A DNA stretch of 64,000 bases from a virus. The number at the start of each line of letters is the position of its first letter. Within the stretch, counting starts at the first letter, position 1. The stretch is taken from the IMG/VR virus record IMGVR_UViG_2881155292_000002; one strand, given 5' to 3'. This document shows, piece after piece, positions 45,177-54,392 of this stretch. Below the pieces are notes generated by a model. That model searched no databases. It was not told the DNA's origin and saw only the letters and a list, made by a program, of their open reading frames with translations. The position numbers and the translations under genes were made by a program.

Positions 45177-46919
45177 TTACGGCACCATGGTCAGCACGCC
45201 GCCGTTGTTCCAAACGGCGCCCGAGACCAGCCCGGCGCTGCTCGTCGGAACGGCAAGCTTGAGATTGAGACGGGCACCGTCCCCATTCGGCAGGGTGGCC
45301 ACATAGTTCGGATCCATGATGAATCGCTGAACCACCGTGGTCAGATGGTTCGAGAACATGAGGGTTGCGCCGTTGCAGTAGTTGCCGCCTGCCCGACCAA
45401 CGTCGACACCGGTCCCTGCAGCGATCGTGCCTGCGAATGCCAGGCCGGCGGTCATGCCGTCGAAGTTGTTGCCGATGACGTTGAGGCACTTCACGCCACC
45501 GGTGCCGCCGCCAATATTGAGGCCGTAGGCATTGCCGCCAGCAACGGAGCCGCCCATGCGATTGCCGATGAAGTTGAAGACGTTGCCCCGGTAGGCGCGG
45601 ATCGTGTTGTACTGACCATGCAGCGCGTCGTAGAAAGTGCAACCCAGGATGTTGACGTCCCGGAAATCCTGGTTCTGGCTCGTTTCCCAGAACTGCAGGT
45701 AGCCGGCGGGATAAGCCGCCTGGACGTTGCAGGACTGGAACGTGAGGCCTTCGCCCGAACCAAAGACAGGGGGCTTGATGCCGGTGGGCTTCATGTGGAC
45801 TTCGTCCCACTTGTGGACGTTGCAGAAACCCACGCCACTGACGTCCTGCAGGCCCCAATGCACGCCACCACCCGTCGACTGACCGCGGCGGAACGAGCCC
45901 TGGGTGCAGCCGTAGAGATTGACGGCAACGCCGAGCTGGGAAACCGTGTTGATGAGGAAGTCTTCGAAGGAGGTGAGAGCCGACCCGGTCGTGATGAGAC
46001 CGACGTCGAGAAGCGTGCCGTCGAACGTCGTCGAGCTCTGGATTAGGTACATGCGCGACAGGTTGAAGGCCATCGTATCGCGCGCATCGATCGCCCGGTT
46101 ACCGGCGCCAATGGCACCAGCGGTACAACGAAGCTGCGAGCGCTGACCTGCTCCTGCACCATTGCCGCCGATGCCCTCGAAGCGCACGTTGCGGCGGGCG
46201 TTCAGATCGATCGAAGTGAAGTCGGCCGTTCCCTTCCAGGCGATGGTGCCGCCCTCGGTGGGCAGTCCGTCGATGAGGGCCTGGAGAGCAACCGTCTGAT
46301 CCTCGCCCATGTTGCCGGTGAGGCCGTTCTGGTTGCCGTCGACATACAACAGGTCTGAGAATGACACTGCCCCCAGCAGGGCACGCACCTGAGCAAACGT
46401 CTTGTTCTCACGGGCCGTGGCATCGGCATTGTCGACCAGCATGGTGTTGGCCACCAGAGGCGGCAGAAGAGCATCGGCCGGGACATCGGTGGCAGCGACA
46501 CCCGTGCCGTTCAGCTCGACGTACTCGTCGCCGGAGGCATTGCCGGTGTCGAAATAGATGCTGCCCGTCCGGGCGCCGAGAGCGGTCGGCGTAAAGGCCA
46601 ACTGCACGGTCGCCGTCTCGCCCGGGAGAAGCTTGGCCGGCAGGCTCGACTTCAGGATGAAGTCGCCCTTCAGCTCATGGCCGTAGATGTTGACCTCGCC
46701 GTAGCCGCTGTTGGTCAGCACCGCGACCAGGCCGGACGACTCGCCATTGGTGACGGTGTCGTTGAAGGTCAGGGTCGACACCGAGATTTGCATTTCCTCC
46801 TTGCGTTTGCCATAAGGCATATCGCGGATTCGACGGCTGGACTGATCCTCGTCCTGGTCGATGAAATCCTGGAGGGGAATATAGCCCGCCATCTTCGGGT
46901 CAGTCGGGTCAACGGTCAT
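45177..46919 (-). CDS. tailspike/depolymerase: N-terminal Ig-like (ASH/choice-of-anchor D-like) domain plus parallel beta-helix
   Basis: 'LTNSG..EVNI...L.PGETATVQLAFTPTALGARTGSI...ELNGTG'; 'GEDQTVALQALID...GGTI' beta-helix start; Asn/Gly-rich repeats. Confidence 0.75.
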   Translation of the reverse strand: MTVDPTDPKMAGYIPLQDFIDQDEDQSSRRIRDMPYGKRKEEMQISVSTLTFNDTVTNGESSGLVAVLTNSGYGEVNIYGHELKGDFILKSSLPAKLLPGETATVQLAFTPTALGARTGSIYFDTGNASGDEYVELNGTGVAATDVPADALLPPLVANTMLVDNADATARENKTFAQVRALLGAVSFSDLLYVDGNQNGLTGNMGEDQTVALQALIDGLPTEGGTIAWKGTADFTSIDLNARRNVRFEGIGGNGAGAGQRSQLRCTAGAIGAGNRAIDARDTMAFNLSRMYLIQSSTTFDGTLLDVGLITTGSALTSFEDFLINTVSQLGVAVNLYGCTQGSFRRGQSTGGGVHWGLQDVSGVGFCNVHKWDEVHMKPTGIKPPVFGSGEGLTFQSCNVQAAYPAGYLQFWETSQNQDFRDVNILGCTFYDALHGQYNTIRAYRGNVFNFIGNRMGGSVAGGNAYGLNIGGGTGGVKCLNVIGNNFDGMTAGLAFAGTIAAGTGVDVGRAGGNYCNGATLMFSNHLTTVVQRFIMDPNYVATLPNGDGARLNLKLAVPTSSAGLVSGAVWNNGGVLTMVP

Positions 46920-47007
46920 GATTGTTTTCCTGAAAATGTAGGTTGAAAATAATCGGGCGATTTATCTGAAAATACCCGATCGATTATCGAAACACAAGGA
47001 GAGGATA

Positions 47008-47205
47008 ATGCCATCGGACGAGAGAGCCACCGTGCTTTTCCTGCAGAATCTCACCGAGCAGGGATTTGAGGCCGAGATGGCGTATCCATCCTGGGCGGAC
47101 GGTCAGCCGATCGTGAAACTCTCGGCCGACACCAAAATCACCGCCGCGGTCAAAGACGCATGGGACGAAGCAGTGGAGGAGGCTGATCGCCTCCCCCGTC
47201 GTTAG
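47008..47205 (+). CDS. small hypothetical protein, oppositely oriented within the tail cluster
   Basis: Strong RBS 'AAGGAGAGG'; 65 aa; phage-like codon usage. Confidence 0.6.
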   Translation: MPSDERATVLFLQNLTEQGFEAEMAYPSWADGQPIVKLSADTKITAAVKDAWDEAVEEADRLPRR

Positions 47206-49220
47206 AGATATTGTCCCTGAGTTGCCGTAGTGCCAGCCACGTCGCCGGGGAACACATTGGCGCCGCCGCCACCCGTATTGATGATCGAGCTCGAATTGAC
47301 GATGTAGCGCGTGCCTGTGGCAGCACCGGTCCAGGTAATGGGAGACGAGATCTGACCTGCCATTGTTGCATTGGCAAAGCTGGTGAAGGCCGGAGTACCG
47401 CTGACCGTCATCGCCAGACCACTCGCGAAGATGACCATGCCACCGTTCTGGGCTCCAACGTGAGTCGCGCCTCCGCCTGAGATGGTGGCATTGCCCTGGA
47501 CCCAGATACGGCTCTGGTAGGCGGCGTTGAGCTGGGTGAAGCCAGCCGCCACCGGGCCATACTCCATCACCCCCACATAGAGATAGGAATCGTTGCCGTC
47601 GGCGTAGATGCCGTGACCGCTGGTGGTTGTCTGGACCTTGAAACCTTCAATCTTCCAGGCATCGCCCTGGTTCCGTGCGAGCACGGCGATGAACTGGCCG
47701 GTCGTGGAGATCACACAGTTCGCCGGCGTGGCGACATTGCCGCGCAGGACACAGGCGCTGCTCTTGGCGCCTTCCACACGGGGGAAGGCGATCGCCCCGG
47801 TGTAGGTGCCATCCGCAACCTGGACAGTGATGTTGAAACCATTGGCATCCAGCCCTGCGACGACATCGAGCGCCTTCTGGATCGTCAGGAAGGCGCCGCC
47901 GCTCGTGTTGGCCAGGCCGTTGTTGGCGTCATTGCCATCGGTGCGGACATAATAGGTTCGGGCGGCCGTGAGCACTTCACGCCGAGTCAGAGCAAGGAGC
48001 GTGCTCACGCTGGTCGAAAGATCGCTGACCTGCTTCTGCAGCTTGCCAAAAGCGGACAGCACGGTATCAGCAGCAGTGATCGCCGTGCCGGTTGCCAGGG
48101 ACAGGCCGGTCAGGACACCCCCGAGAACCGTCGAGGCGAAGTCGGAGATCGTCGCCGCCAGCTGGGTGCCGGTGTGATTGGCCCGGTTTTTCAGGTTGGC
48201 GTCGGTGTCGTTGGCCGTGGCGCCACTCGCAATGCCGGCCAGCTTGGTGATCTGCGCTGCCGTCATGAACTTGTAGGCGGTCGCCGTATCGTCGATGTCG
48301 GCCGCGGTGAGCACAATCACACCGGTCCGACCAGCAACCGACTGCACCAGGTCAGTCTCGATCTTGAACCAGTTGCCGGCGAACGTCGTGGCCGAGGCAT
48401 TGTCGACCGTGGCCAGGATCAGATCGTTGAGCTCGAACACGACACCGTTGACAGTGCCCGGGACCGAGACCTTGTACTGCCAACCGGCACGAGCTGCGCC
48501 GCCGGCCGGGAACGAACCGGTCGACGCATCCCACACACCCTTGAATGCCAGGGGCGTGCCGAGAGCGGTGATCGCCGCGACCACGGCATTGTAGGACGCC
48601 AGGGCAGAGGCGGCACTGGTAGCCGATTCATCGGCCGACGTATCAGCCGCAGCAGCCGATGCAGCTGCAGCCGCTACCTGGGCAGGGACGTCCAGGATCT
48701 CGGTCTCGAGACCCGCGACAGTCGTCACGTCCGCAGAGACACCAGCGACCGTGGTCACATCGCCGGAGATGCCGGCAACCGTCGTCACGTTGGGAGCGAT
48801 GCCCGCTACGGTCGTGACATTGGCGGCGATACCGGCCACCGTCTGGATCTCGGTCAGATTGTCCAAGAGAGTGGCCAGGTTTGCCTGGATGTCCAGCAGC
48901 TCGGGAAGACTGCCGTGCAGCTCCAGGAGTTGCGTGAGATCGCCATGGATCGCCAGCAGCTGAGTGATGTTGTCGGCCAGGATGTTGAGGTCGCCGATGC
49001 TCGCGTCGATCGTGTCGATCTTGTCGATGATCAGGACCAATGCGTCGACCGCATCGATGGAACCAACGAGACGATACACCTCAGCCATGTGGGCCGAGAC
49101 GTGCTTGACGTATTCGATGTATTCGGCGACCTGGCGGACGTGCTTGTAGGCCGAGCCGATCATCTTGTCGACGAGCTGGGCCTCATTGCCGCAGGCGCTG
49201 GTGGTGGGGGAGATGCCCAT
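47202..49220 (-). CDS. tail fibre/tailspike (N4 gp66-like N-terminus, beta-helix C-terminus)
   Basis: True start at 49220 (TAATG coupling); 'VDKMIGSAY'; TTVAG repeats; 'RTYYVRTDGNDANNG...AFLTIQKA...QVADGTY' pectate-lyase-like start. Confidence 0.85.
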   Translation of the reverse strand: MGISPTTSACGNEAQLVDKMIGSAYKHVRQVAEYIEYVKHVSAHMAEVYRLVGSIDAVDALVLIIDKIDTIDASIGDLNILADNITQLLAIHGDLTQLLELHGSLPELLDIQANLATLLDNLTEIQTVAGIAANVTTVAGIAPNVTTVAGISGDVTTVAGVSADVTTVAGLETEILDVPAQVAAAAASAAAADTSADESATSAASALASYNAVVAAITALGTPLAFKGVWDASTGSFPAGGAARAGWQYKVSVPGTVNGVVFELNDLILATVDNASATTFAGNWFKIETDLVQSVAGRTGVIVLTAADIDDTATAYKFMTAAQITKLAGIASGATANDTDANLKNRANHTGTQLAATISDFASTVLGGVLTGLSLATGTAITAADTVLSAFGKLQKQVSDLSTSVSTLLALTRREVLTAARTYYVRTDGNDANNGLANTSGGAFLTIQKALDVVAGLDANGFNITVQVADGTYTGAIAFPRVEGAKSSACVLRGNVATPANCVISTTGQFIAVLARNQGDAWKIEGFKVQTTTSGHGIYADGNDSYLYVGVMEYGPVAAGFTQLNAAYQSRIWVQGNATISGGGATHVGAQNGGMVIFASGLAMTVSGTPAFTSFANATMAGQISSPITWTGAATGTRYIVNSSSIINTGGGGANVFPGDVAGTTATQGQYL
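48716..48843 (-). repeat. four to five tandem 30-nt/10-aa repeats (xxVTTVAG[I/V]x) in the tail fibre
   Basis: TVAGIAANVTTVAGIAPNVTTVAGISGDVTTVAGVSADVTTVAG. Confidence 0.85.
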
Positions 49221-49935
49221 TAGACGAAGCCTCGCTGTTCGAGCTTGCTGTGCGATGTGGAGAAGGTCTGGTTCACCAGATCGCGCTGCTCGACTTCGAG
49301 ACAGGCCGCTTCGTAGGCGCCGAGATACTCCTGACTTTTTACAATATTTTCCTGCCCGTTCATATGGCAAAACACTTTATAGGCGACAAATAGTCGGAGC
49401 GGATTTTCAAGGTAAATCGGGATTTCGATTTCCTGATCCAGAAGAGGATTGGGACCATCGATCCGATCATCGAGCTTCCGATGGCTGGCCTGGTAGGTCA
49501 CCGTGAGCTCGGCGCCACCGACGGGACTGGGAACCTGGAGGATGTTCGGATAGGGCGTGAACAGCGAGTTGCAGTTCTCGGCGTCGTTGAGGACGAGCTT
49601 GCAGCCGGCGTCGTTGTAGACCCCAGGATTTTGATCAGATCGCCGGTGAACGGCTCGTCCGGCAGGTCCTTGATGTAGGGCCAGTCGACGTCGGAACCCG
49701 AGGTCTCGGCGTATTTCGGGATCAGGTGGTAGTTGGTGATCTGGTTCACCAGCTCGATCAACAGATCCTTCTCGCTCAGCAGGAAGCGGGAGTAGATCGC
49801 GAGCAGCGCATCGTTGGTGTATTGCACCAGCTGCGGCCGCTTTTCCAGGATGATCTGGCCGGAACCAGACTCCGAGATCGCCAGGTTGGAGAGCTCCCCA
49901 AACGAGAGCTGCCGGAACAGGTCAACGATTTTCAT
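49220..49935 (-). CDS. N4 gp67-like tail/neck protein, frameshifted in this sequence
   Basis: N-half 'LSFGELSNL...IKILG'. One extra G at 49621-49624 continues into 'VYNDAGCKLVLNDAENCNSLFTPYPNILQVP...TYQASH...KLEQRGFV'. Confidence 0.8.
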
Positions 49936-49937
49936 TA

Positions 49938-51587
49938 TTAATCGCCTTTAAAAATCAGATAATCAAACGACATAAGAGGAAAGCGCGCTGGGCTCTTCGA
50001 CGATCTCGTCGTCGTTCCAAGTCGGTCCGCCATTGTGCCCTCCCCGAGGACAGGCGCCTGTTCGCTTGGCTTCCACGCGTTCATGTACATTAGCATAGAA
50101 ATCGTATCGAGGCAGTCGTCTTTTCCCTTGAGACCATTTTTGGTGGCCATCCGGATTTGTTGATAAAAATGCCCCATGATTTTCGAGGATTTCAACTCGG
50201 TCGGGAAATACATCTTCCCGGACTTGAACAGCGGCACGACCAGGTTGAAGCGGGCGAGCTTGTTGATCAGCGGCCGGATGCCGGGGTCGCCGGACTTTTC
50301 CGATGAGGCGAAGTTGAACCAGATGTTCCTGGTCAGCATCTCGGCCTGCAGCCACTTGATGAACGCCTTCTGCTGGCCGGACACTTCGATGCCCACCGAC
50401 TGCGGCCGGTACATCTGAACCAGCTGGAAGAGCTTGTTGATCGACACGTCCATGGTCGTGCGCTCGCAGAAGCCGTCGACCCAGAACCAATCGCCATTGG
50501 CGTTGTAGGCCCAGACCGAGATCACCGAGAAGTCGGCCGTCTGCTTGTCGGAGGTGGCGAAGTCGGTGGTGATGTAGAAGTTGAACTGGCTCTGGCGCTC
50601 GAGCAGCTGGATGCGGGAGAACTCCCGGATCTCCTTGTCCTGGACCAGGCGTTCCTCGTCGGACGAGATGCGGAGCATGAGCTCCTGCATGAAGCCCTCG
50701 ACCTTGCCATTCAGCACCGCATCTTCGTATTGCTTGACGATGAAGTCGTAGGTGAAGCGATCCTCCCAGGCGCCGCGGAATTCCTCGCGCGTGCAGGGGA
50801 AGCGCTCGCACACCGGCCAGACGTTGACGTCCCAGGCACCCGACTCGACAGCCTCGATGAGGATGTCTTCGTTGTTGAACGGCGTGCCGTTGAAGACGAT
50901 CTTGCGACGGACCGGGTCGAGCGCGTAGTTGATACCCTTGTGGACCGTGTCCTTGATCGCCTGCATCGAGGCCTTGGACTTGGCGTCATCGTCGGAGACC
51001 AGGTCATCGAGCACCGCCAGCTTCGGGCGCTTGCCGAAGATCTTGGTGCCGCGGATACCGGTCTTGGCACCAAACATCTTGATGCCGAAGCGTTTACCTT
51101 CCTTGTTGGTGAACTCGATATAGTTGTCGGTGAAGTGCGCCTCGGGCAGCCACTCCTTCAGGAAGTCACTGTTATCATAGCGGAATTCGAGGTTCTTACG
51201 CGCCGACTTGACACCGTTGTCCATCGAGTCGGAGACGTAGATCATGCTGTCCAGCTCGCCGAATCCCGGCAGGTACTGGAAGATGGCGAGGAACGGAGCC
51301 AGGTATTCGAAGAACAGCGTGGTCTTGGCGGCGCCACGGAAACACAGGTTGGCGACGTTGCCGGTCGAGCTGGCCAGCTTGTCGAGCATCTTGAGATGCA
51401 CCGGCGGCGTCTTGTGGCTCTCACCCTCGGCGCCATTCACCAGCTTGATGAAGTTCATGAACACCAGGCTGAAGTCCGCCGGCACGTAGGATCCGTCGTT
51501 GAGCCAGGTGTAATCGACCTCGTCCAGCCACTCGTCGAGCGACTTCTTGATGACCTCGCGGCCCGAGAGCTCCAGCCGATTAGACAT
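49938..51587 (-). CDS. terminase large subunit (N4 gp68-like); C-terminal tail frameshifted
   Basis: 'HKTPPVHLKMLD', 'CFRGAAKTT', 'VLDDL', 'FNGTPFN', 'TTDFATS', 'KDDCLDTISML'. The likely true end 'SALSSYVV*' (stop near 49963) is in the -1 frame. Confidence 0.93.
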   Translation of the reverse strand: MSNRLELSGREVIKKSLDEWLDEVDYTWLNDGSYVPADFSLVFMNFIKLVNGAEGESHKTPPVHLKMLDKLASSTGNVANLCFRGAAKTTLFFEYLAPFLAIFQYLPGFGELDSMIYVSDSMDNGVKSARKNLEFRYDNSDFLKEWLPEAHFTDNYIEFTNKEGKRFGIKMFGAKTGIRGTKIFGKRPKLAVLDDLVSDDDAKSKASMQAIKDTVHKGINYALDPVRRKIVFNGTPFNNEDILIEAVESGAWDVNVWPVCERFPCTREEFRGAWEDRFTYDFIVKQYEDAVLNGKVEGFMQELMLRISSDEERLVQDKEIREFSRIQLLERQSQFNFYITTDFATSDKQTADFSVISVWAYNANGDWFWVDGFCERTTMDVSINKLFQLVQMYRPQSVGIEVSGQQKAFIKWLQAEMLTRNIWFNFASSEKSGDPGIRPLINKLARFNLVVPLFKSGKMYFPTELKSSKIMGHFYQQIRMATKNGLKGKDDCLDTISMLMYMNAWKPSEQAPVLGEGTMADRLGTTTRSSKSPARFPLMSFDYLIFKGD

Positions 51588-52389
51588 CGGTGGCCTCGTC
51601 CTTGTTGATCAGGCGGGAGGCGGCGACGTCGATCGTCTTCATCTGGCCGCTCTCGATCAACTCGCGTTGCTGCTGGGCCAGCCTGCCCAGCATGTCGCGC
51701 ATCTCCCTCATGCCGGAGTTGTCGTCGATGGTGATCTTCAGATCGCCGCCCTTGACTTCCGGCTTCTTGAGGTGGGTGAGCAGACCGATCGCTGCCTCGG
51801 CCTGGACCTTCTCCGAGTTGGCATTGACCATCAGGTTGGCCAGGTGGTTGATCGCTTTCTGGTGGATGTCCTGGTTCAGCACCCAGGTCGGAACCAGGGA
51901 CTGCTCGAGAACCAGGTTGACCAGCTTGCCCCGGGCGAAGGCCGACACGTAGGCCGAGATGTCCTTCTTCGAGGCACCCTTGGCGATCAGGGCCGCGTAA
52001 CGCTGCGGGAAGGTGCGGGCATAAGCGTCTTCGTTGCTGTGCCCCATCAGCTTGAACGACACGTAGGCGACGGCGCTGAGGTAATCCTCAGTCTTGAACT
52101 TGCCGTCCTTGAGCACGGCCGTGTAGCTGATGAAGTTCTCGCGGATGTTCTCGGCCACGATCGGGTCGGTCGAGATCTGGTTCAGCGTGTTGACCAGGTT
52201 CGGGGTGACCGACGCGCGAAGGTGCGAGGGCAGAGCCCGCTTGAGATCATCCTCGGTCAGCGAACCAGAAGCGGGAACCGGAGCGGATGCGGCGACTGCA
52301 GGTTGTGCCGGCTGTGGAACACTCGGGGGCGTTACCGCGGCAGCCGGTTGCGGCGCCAGCGGCGGATTATCAAAAAGGGACTTCGTCAT
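51580..52389 (-). CDS. N4 gp69-like protein (terminase small subunit candidate)
   Basis: 'ENIRENFISYTAVLKDGKFK', 'YARTFPQRY', 'SEKVQAEAA..LLTHLKKPE'. Confidence 0.8.
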   Translation of the reverse strand: MTKSLFDNPPLAPQPAAAVTPPSVPQPAQPAVAASAPVPASGSLTEDDLKRALPSHLRASVTPNLVNTLNQISTDPIVAENIRENFISYTAVLKDGKFKTEDYLSAVAYVSFKLMGHSNEDAYARTFPQRYAALIAKGASKKDISAYVSAFARGKLVNLVLEQSLVPTWVLNQDIHQKAINHLANLMVNANSEKVQAEAAIGLLTHLKKPEVKGGDLKITIDDNSGMREMRDMLGRLAQQQRELIESGQMKTIDVAASRLINKDEATDV

Positions 52390-52580
52390 ATTATTTCCTT
52401 GCACGCAATTATTTTTATGGTAATCATAACACCATATTCGGTGTCCGAGTTTTTAAAAATCAATTTTTGATTATCTTTTGAAATCCCTCCGGCGTTTTGT
52501 GGGTTTCCGCCGTTGAGGGTTTGAGGGCCGAGAGCAGCTGTCCCCTCCTTGCGGTGCGCTCTCGGCCCTCGTCCGTTTCA

Positions 52581-52808
52581 TCACTCCGCATCCTCGGACA
52601 TATCGATGATCGTATCGCAGGCGGTACAGACCACGTCGAAGCCTGGGAACGTCGCGTCCTCGGCCGAGTTCGTGATCAGCGTGAACGCCTTGTTGTTGCA
52701 GACCGAGCATTCCATGATGGTGTCGTCGGGCAACTTCTCGACGATCACCTCGGCAGACGCCTCGATGCGCTCGATCTTCTTGGACCGGAAGTCGACGATC
52801 TCAGCCAT
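52581..52808 (-). CDS. small zinc-ribbon protein
   Basis: CSVC...CTAC motifs; 75 aa. Confidence 0.6.
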   Translation of the reverse strand: MAEIVDFRSKKIERIEASAEVIVEKLPDDTIMECSVCNNKAFTLITNSAEDATFPGFDVVCTACDTIIDMSEDAE

Positions 52809-52890
52809 CAACCCTGGCCCTTTCGAGCCAGGATCTTGCGGACGTGCTGCTGCATCTGCCGCAGCTCTTCCTTGTTGATGACGACGGCGG

Positions 52891-53211
52891 TCACCGGGCA
52901 CCGACCTTGCGCTTGCCGGTCTCGGTCTTGAGCATCCGGGCCATCATCCAGACGGAACCAGCTGAGGTGGAGGCGACGTAGATCACGCCGGCGACGGCGA
53001 TCTGCCACCAGGTTCCCTTGGTCGCGGCGTCCCAGATCATCCCCCAGATGAACAGCTGGTTGACGTACCAGATGCCATTGGAAGCGATCGACCATTTCCA
53101 GTGATGCATGACGTCACCCGAGTTTCTCGATCGGGAGACCGCGGTGAAGACGGCGTTCTGAACCAGGCAGAGCGCAGCGAAGACGAGCATTGTGAGGAGG
53201 AAGCTCATCAC
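52891..53211 (-). CDS. membrane protein
   Basis: Three hydrophobic segments; 'VQNAVFTAVSRSRNSG'. Confidence 0.7.
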   Translation of the reverse strand: MMSFLLTMLVFAALCLVQNAVFTAVSRSRNSGDVMHHWKWSIASNGIWYVNQLFIWGMIWDAATKGTWWQIAVAGVIYVASTSAGSVWMMARMLKTETGKRKVGAR

Positions 53212-54392
53212 CAGTCCACCTTCATCTCTTCAGCCGCCGGCTTGCCGATCAGCGCCACGGCTTCGGCACGCGCCACCCGCTTGGCCAGGGCGTGCTTGTA
53301 GCCCTCCATGTTGTTGACCTGGACGTAGAGGTCCTTGCGGTCGGCGGCCGGCAGACGGTGGAAGTCTTCGGTGCGGAGGAAGGCTTCGAGCTTCTCGTAG
53401 CGTTCGGTGAGTTGGGAGAGTTCCAGCTTGGTACGGTCGAGCCAGGTGCCCCAGACCATCTTAGCATCCTCGGGCTTGCTCGCCTCCTCGGCCGGCTTGA
53501 AGGGGCAGAGATCCTTGTCGGCCAGTCGCTCGTTAAGCCGGTCGCGGAGAGCGACGTGAGCGCGGTAGATGGCATGCCAGTCTGCGTCGGTGTCGTGCTC
53601 GATGCCAACTTCCTTGGCATCCTCGGTGACGTAGGCAACCAGGAATGGCTCGGCATCCTCTTCTTCATCGAGAATGACGATGAGTGGTTTGGTGCCGCTG
53701 GTCTGGCTCGCCGTCCCGGACCCTTCCGCGCTTGCGGCTGCCGGCTGCGCCTCGGCCGCGCGCACGGGCCGGTAGGCTCGCTCGAACACGTCCTTGGGGG
53801 ACCAGGAGACGTAACCCTTGAAGATGTCGGTGTTGGGCTTGTCGCGGGGGTCGGCGTATTCGACCAGGTAGCCAATATCGTCACCATCCTCGTCGGCCGG
53901 TAGCTGCCAACCACGAAGAAAGTTGTATTCGAGCCGGCTCATCACCTTGGCGTTGATCACCTTGGTTCCGATATAGGTGTGCATGTTGGGGCCGGGCGCA
54001 ATGGCGCCTTCCAACAGCTTCTGGTCGCGGGCGATGCGGCTCTTCAGCTCGTAGCCCATCAGCGCCCACATCTTGTTGACGGCATCGGTGCGCGCCAGGC
54101 GCTGGCCGATCTCGGCATTGAAGTTGGCCGGGTCGGCGCACGCGCTCTGTCCCAGGACGGTGAAACCGTTCCACAGGCGCAACACACAGATGGTCAGGAG
54201 AGCCAGGTCAGCTGGCGTTCCCTTGATAGCGTTCTGTCCAGAGGTACTTGCGTAATCCTGGTTGGACTGCTGGTCGCCCTGCGATGCGGTGAAGTAGTGC
54301 TCGGAGATGATGGCCGCGTTGACGGCCTCGAGAGTCACGCGCTCGCCAGCGCTCTTCTCGATCAGCTCCTGTTCAGTGACGGGCTTGTTCAT
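53208..54392 (-). CDS. three-domain fusion: Gp49-family + 'YIGTK...SWSPKDVFE' domain + crAss001_48-like helical domain
   Basis: 'LTICVLRLWNGFTVLGQSACADPANFNAEIG...MGYEL'; 'YIGTKVINAKVMSRLEYN..RGW.LPADE...GYLVEY...GYVSWSPKDVFERAY'; 'LDRTKLELSQLTERYEKLEAFL...LYVQ...M..Y...LAKR'. Confidence 0.75.
   Translation of the reverse strand: MNKPVTEQELIEKSAGERVTLEAVNAAIISEHYFTASQGDQQSNQDYASTSGQNAIKGTPADLALLTICVLRLWNGFTVLGQSACADPANFNAEIGQRLARTDAVNKMWALMGYELKSRIARDQKLLEGAIAPGPNMHTYIGTKVINAKVMSRLEYNFLRGWQLPADEDGDDIGYLVEYADPRDKPNTDIFKGYVSWSPKDVFERAYRPVRAAEAQPAAASAEGSGTASQTSGTKPLIVILDEEEDAEPFLVAYVTEDAKEVGIEHDTDADWHAIYRAHVALRDRLNERLADKDLCPFKPAEEASKPEDAKMVWGTWLDRTKLELSQLTERYEKLEAFLRTEDFHRLPAADRKDLYVQVNNMEGYKHALAKRVARAEAVALIGKPAAEEMKVDW

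Noticed and set aside
49221-49370. N-terminal 50 aa of the 722-aa tail ORF in the track
   Set aside because: Overlaps the gp67-like C-terminus; the true start is the TAATG-coupled ATG at 49220.
16526-50050. A shared programmed frameshifting system across resolvase, gp67, terminase and the phosphoesterase junction
   Set aside because: All four are explained by one missing base in a G/C homopolymer, with no slippery heptamer or stimulatory structure. This pattern is typical of homopolymer sequencing error, so the sites are listed only for read checking.
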